Shown: positions 58,693 to 64,000 of the stretch, piece after piece
Position numbering within the stretch: position 1 is the stretch's first letter
Layout of the letters: each line of letters begins with the position of its first letter
Assembly (NCBI RefSeq): GCF_009914755.1
Contig: NC_060936.1
Strand: one strand, 5' to 3'
DNA from: the human T2T-CHM13v2.0 reference genome, Homo sapiens
DNA length: 64,000 nt
Made by a program: the position numbers and the translations under genes
The notes under the pieces: generated by a model
Seen by the model: only the letters and a program-made list of their open reading frames with translations
The model's database searches: none
Told to the model about the DNA's origin: nothing

Positions 58693-60059
58693 TGAGTAGC
58701 TGGGATTACAGGCACCCGTCACCATGCCCGGTTCATTTTTTGAATTTTTAGTAGAGACGGGGTTTCACCATGTCAGCCAGGCTGGTCTCAAACTTCTGAC
58801 CTGAGGTGATCCACCCGCCTCAGCCTCCCAAAGTGCTGGGATTACCCACCACGCCTGGCCTATATTTTTTACTCTATACATTGTTCAACTAAGTAATGAT
58901 CTTTGAGTAGTAGGACAATGAGTACTTTTTTTTTCTTTTTCATACTTTTTTTGTTTTGTTTCGTTTTTCAGACGGAGTCTCGCTCTGTCGCCCAGGCTGG
59001 AGTGCAGTGGCATGAACTTGGCTCACTGCAACCTCCGCCTCCCAGGTTCAAGCGATTCTCTGCCTCAGCCTCCTGAGTAGCTGGGATTACAGGCGCCCAC
59101 CACCATGCTGGGATAAGTTTTGTATTTTTAGTAGAGACGGGGTTTCACCATCTTGGCCAGGCTGGTCTTGAACTCCTGACCTTGTGATCCATCCCGCCTT
59201 GGCCTCCCAAAGTGCTGGGATTACAGGCGTGAGCCACCGTGCCTGGCCCATACTTTCCAATTTTTTAGCAATGAGTAATGTTACTTTCATGGGAAGGATG
59301 ACAAGAACTATTTATGTAAATCAGGTAAAAACCACATTCTATACTCACATTTAATATTAAAACTATTCAAAACATTCTATTGGACATTTACTGTATGCAA
59401 GACACTATGGTGAAAGGGAGCTAAAGATTTATATGTAATAAAATATTTCCTGCATATGGGAACTTAAAATGAAGTGATGATTTTGGTTGGGGAGGACAGT
59501 TTAGGGAGATTCAAGATATATGACTATAATAAAGTAAAATATGCACCAATAAAAACAAAAGCAAAGAAGGTCAGATTATGCATAGCTGAAGGAATCAAAA
59601 GGATTAATGAAGAAGTGTCTGAAATGAGCCTTGAAGGATGAAAGAAAATGAGTTGTAGGAGAGGAGGCTGACAAGACAGGCATTTTGAGCAATTCCCTAG
59701 GATTCTGACTTACATGAATAAAGTACAAGTCATAGCAGGTGAGGGTTCCAAGAGCAGGGAAACTTGACCTCCAGGTAAATGTCTATTACATTCATGCCAG
59801 GAACCTCTCACCATTAATCAGCGCAAACAATGCAGTGCAGAGCTTACGGCATTTAGGAGGTCCCTGGAAGGAAAGGCTGGCCTGAGGCTACCAAACTCAA
59901 CAAGGCTTGTTAAGTTTTTGTTTTAACTAATAGTTAACAGTTAAGCAAAACCCCTTAATTAAAACAAAAGCAATAGCTAATAACTAAGTAGAAGTCACAA
60001 TCAGCCAAAATCACCTCCCTAAAAGAAAATCTAAAATGATCTTTTCTAACTGGAAAGGC

Positions 60060-60290
60060 AGTGTGGGATACTGAGCAAGGACACAGGCTCTGGAGGCAGA
60101 TCTGGGTTCAAACTCCAGCCCCAGAACAAGATGTGCTAAGCATGGCCTTGGGCAGCTCTCTGAGCTTCAGTAGCTTCACCTGTGAATGGAGTCGTATCCT
60201 CGATTTCACAGGGCCGGTGTGAGGAACGAGGATAACCTCTTCAGAACATCTACCAGTGCTCCGCTCACAGCCAACATTCAGCAAGTTAGA
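60060..60290 (+). mobile_element. MIR element
   Basis: caggctctggaggcagatctgggttcaaactcc...ccttgggcag...ctgtgaatgg. Confidence 0.6.
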
Positions 60291-61923
60291 GTTATGCCTA
60301 TCTCTAAGAAAGGCTGGCGAGCAGCAAACAGACCAGCCTAGACTGCAGCAATCAGAAAAAAAAGAGTCTTTGACCCATGTTTGTAGGCTGCCAGCTCTAC
60401 AAACACTAGTCTGTGGTCACAACCAAAAGACAATGCCCACTCAGAGATAATGCATAAAAGATAAGTAGTCCATTCAGCTCTTTCAGTCACACATCCACCA
60501 CCATTCAATATTCCATTAAACATTCAATAGTAACATTTTCAAGTACTAATAAACATATATTTGTCTCCAAAAATAACAAGGAAAAAAGGATTTACCTGCA
60601 CTTTGAAAAGAATATTTTCCCCAGAAGGACTCTGAAGTAACCTTACTTAGCAAATACTTCAGAGCCTGCTGCCTCCTGTGTCAGGATTCCAACTCAAAGA
60701 TTTCTCATTTTACATGGGAAATCCTAAAACTATGAGGAATACATACATGGGCCTAACCATTTTCTTCGTCACTACAATAATACCAGTGCCTTTATAGCGA
60801 TCTTCCCTTCTCTTTTCTTCCCCTGTACATTGTGAGCCTCCAAAGGGCTGAGTCTCACACAGCTAACCGTTGTTTCATCCCCACTGGCTGGCCTAGTACC
60901 TGGCTCAATGATTCCCCACCCTTGCTGCACAATGAGATTACCTATGGAACCCCAGCCCTACTCCCTGAATCGGTGTGGCCAGGGTGGGCCTAGGCCTCTC
61001 AGCACAGGCGATTCTAATGAGAATCAATGGTCCAGCTGGATGGAAGCATTCCACAAGCCTGATGGTTCTGCCTGTAAAATGCCTCTTGTACCAAGCAATC
61101 CCATTTTCTGTTCCCAAACTTGATCCTTCCTTTTGCATTTCCCACCCTAATTAATGGCAGCCCAGCTACCCATACATACTTCCAGGCTTAGAACCCTTAA
61201 GGCATCTTCCAAGTGCAAAACCTCTAACTCAATTTCCACTCCTCTTTCTCTTTTATCCTCTGACCAATTATCACCAAGCCTACCATGAGTCTGAAGCTCA
61301 ACTACTTCCCACTGCCCTAGGTAAAGCCCTTTCTAGCTCAGACAATTTCAGTAGCTTCGTAACTGGTCTTTTGCCTCCTGTTCTCCCATTACACCCTCTG
61401 TATCGATTTGTTTTTTACAACACTGCAATGTCCATGTTACTCCTCTAGTCAAATACCTTCCATGTAATATGTATTTATTTGCTTGTATATGTGAAATATT
61501 CTTTAGAAGGATACACAGAAACTAGTACTGGTTGCCTCTTGAGAGGACTTTGTAGCTTGGAGACAAGGGTGATGAGACTTCACTGTGCACTCTTGAATTC
61601 TGAACACCTTTTAAATTCTGTACCATTTGAATGTGCTGCCTCTTCAAAAGCAAAGACCTCTTTCTACAGCTTCCTCCCCACCCACCCCCCAAAAAACAAA
61701 CCAAACCAAACAAAAAACCCACCCAATTCCTTAACATGATAATTTAGTCTCAGTCTATTTTCTAACATCAATTCTCAACACTGACCCCTATGCCGACCCT
61801 ACCAGCCATGAAACAGCTGTAGTTTTGGGGATCTACTTTGCCTTTGCTGAGCCCTCAATCTGGAGTATTCCCATTCTTCTCATTTGCCTCAGCTTACTGA
61901 AAAACCCTTCTCTTAAGGCCTGA

Positions 61924-62127
<204 letters not shown>

Positions 62128-62563
62128 TAGTAGAGATGGGGTTTCACCATGTTAGCCAGGATGGTCTCGATCTCCTGACCTCGTGATCCGCCCACCTCGG
62201 CCTCCCAAAGTGCTGGGATTACAGGCGTGAGCCACCACGCCTGGCCCTCATGCATATTCTTTCACACCAGTCCTGTGCATGTTTGCCTTCCCCACAGGAC
62301 TATGAAACATCAGGGTTGAAGTCTGTTTTGTTCATTGGTCTTTAAAACAACTGTCAGGGACTAATAGGAAGCAACCAATAAACAATGAATTCAGCTGACC
62401 ACACTGAAAAGTTAGAACACCAATATCTGGTATACAAACTTTCAGCCAAAAACTCCAAAGGGATTGAACCTAGTAATGGATCCTAGCGTTTCACAAGGTG
62501 TCATTCCCTGGGTCAGAACTCGCTACAAGATGTTCCTCTAACAGGCCATTCAAAGAGAAGGCT

Positions 62564-62723
62564 GCCAGGCAAGGTGGCTCAAGCCTGTAGTCTCAACTAC
62601 TTGAGAGGCTGAGGCAGAAGGATGGCTTCAGTCCGGGAGGTCGAGGCTGCAGTGCACTACAACTACACCTGTGTAGAGAATAGCTACTGCACTCCAGCCT
62701 GGGCAACACAGCAAGACCCTGTC
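62564..62723 (+). mobile_element. FAM-like fossil Alu monomer
   Basis: Monomer retaining the 7SL-like gaatagctactgcactccagcc segment (consensus gtgaatagccactgcac), which dimeric Alu arms lack. Confidence 0.6.
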
Positions 62724-62826
62724 CCCGCCCCCCCCCCTCAAAAAAAGCCAGGTGCAGTGGCTCACGCCTGTAATCCCAACACTTTGGGTGGCCAAGGTGG
62801 ACAGATCACTTGAGGTCTGGAGTTCA

Positions 62827-63153
<327 letters not shown>

Positions 63154-63732
63154 CTAAGACACTGGTCAGATCGTTTCTCTAAGCTTTAGTTTCCTCATCT
63201 GTGAAATGAGGGGCAGGAAGACACAGTCTCTCTAGAGTCCCTTTCTCGGATCCAAGACTGTGGGACTTATAAGTCACACTGCAGGAAAAAAAGAGCCAGT
63301 TTAAGAAACTTTATAAACAAAGGCTAACAAATAAGGCTATCCTGTCTTCATTCACTTAGGAAAAGAAAACAAAACAAATAGGGCTATACTTTGCATTTCA
63401 CATACAATATTACATTTACTGCATGAACTAGTTTTGAAACAAAGCCTTCATTTCTGGCTTCCCAATTTATCTCTTGTCCTTATTGCACTGCCACATGTAT
63501 ATTTCCAGTGAAGTTTCAATAATGATTTAGAGAGTGGAAACAGTGCCCCTTGTCCTTTCACTTTAGTTTTAAACACCTAACTAAAATGTTGGCAAAGTTT
63601 TTCTTAAAGCCACTAACAAACACCTCAACCACTTTTCAATCTGAAATCCTAATAAAAGAATAAAAGATGATGGCCAAGCACAAGATCCTGGAACAACAAC
63701 AACAACAACAAAGATGGTTATAAATTAGTATT

Positions 63733-64000
63733 TGTGGGGAAAAGCAAGAGAGATCAGATTGTTACTGTGTCTGTGTAGAAAGAAGTAGACATGGGAGACT
63801 CCATTTTGTTATGTACTAAGAAAAATTCTTCTGCCTTGAGATTCTGTTAATCTATAACCTTACCCCCAACCCCATGCTCTCTGAAACGTGTGCTGTGTCA
63901 ACTCAGAGTTGAATGGATTAAGGGCGGTGCAGGATGTGCTTTGTTAAACAGATGCTTGAAGGCAGCATGCTCCTTAAGAGTCATCACCACTCCCTAATCT
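63733..64000 (+). mobile_element. 5' part of HERV-K (HML-2) LTR, LTR5_Hs-like, running off the window
   Basis: Starts TGTGGGGAAAAGCAAGAGAGATCAGATTGTTACTGTGTCTGTGTAGAAAGAAGTAGAC and follows the recalled LTR5_Hs U3 consensus almost exactly; preceded by unique DNA, not env/PPT sequence, so not an SVA SINE-R. Confidence 0.93.

Noticed and set aside
63733-64000. SVA (SINE-R) as an alternative identity for the terminal repeat
   Set aside because: No upstream env/polypurine-tract or VNTR sequence; it starts cleanly at the TG of the LTR.

Overview
Human (hominid) genomic DNA, very Alu-dense, carrying the 3' parts of two convergent spliced genes. I recognise this from memory as the RAD9B/PPTC7 locus at 12q24.11. 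On the + strand are eight coding exons of RAD9B (9-1-1 checkpoint clamp subunit, probably exons 4-11) plus an alternative terminal coding segment reachable through a GC-AG intron. On the - strand are exons 2-6 of PPTC7 (mitochondrial PP2C-family phosphatase) and its ~3.8 kb 3' UTR; exon 1 lies beyond the right edge. All exon boundaries were checked by hand for splice dinucleotides and reading-frame phase. The rest is introns filled with Alu, L1, L2, MIR, MaLR LTRs and DNA-transposon fossils, and the window ends in the start of a young HERV-K(HML-2) LTR5_Hs. Nearly all other ORFs in the track are Alu or low-complexity artefacts. I found no clearly new gene or pathway. The best leads are: (1) a predicted ~300-nt tail-to-tail overlap of the two 3' ends, coupled to RAD9B 3'-end choices that include or exclude an inverted Alu pair; (2) locally templated insertion scars, including a 22-nt exact inverted copy that can pair next to the PPTC7 exon 4 branch region and a 25-bp hairpin plus 18-bp palindrome; (3) inverted-Alu layouts predicting circRNA or skipping, including a stop-free 180-nt PPTC7 exon 2 circle; (4) the antisense LTR5_Hs in PPTC7 intron 1. 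Repeat boundaries and subfamily calls are by eye and approximate.
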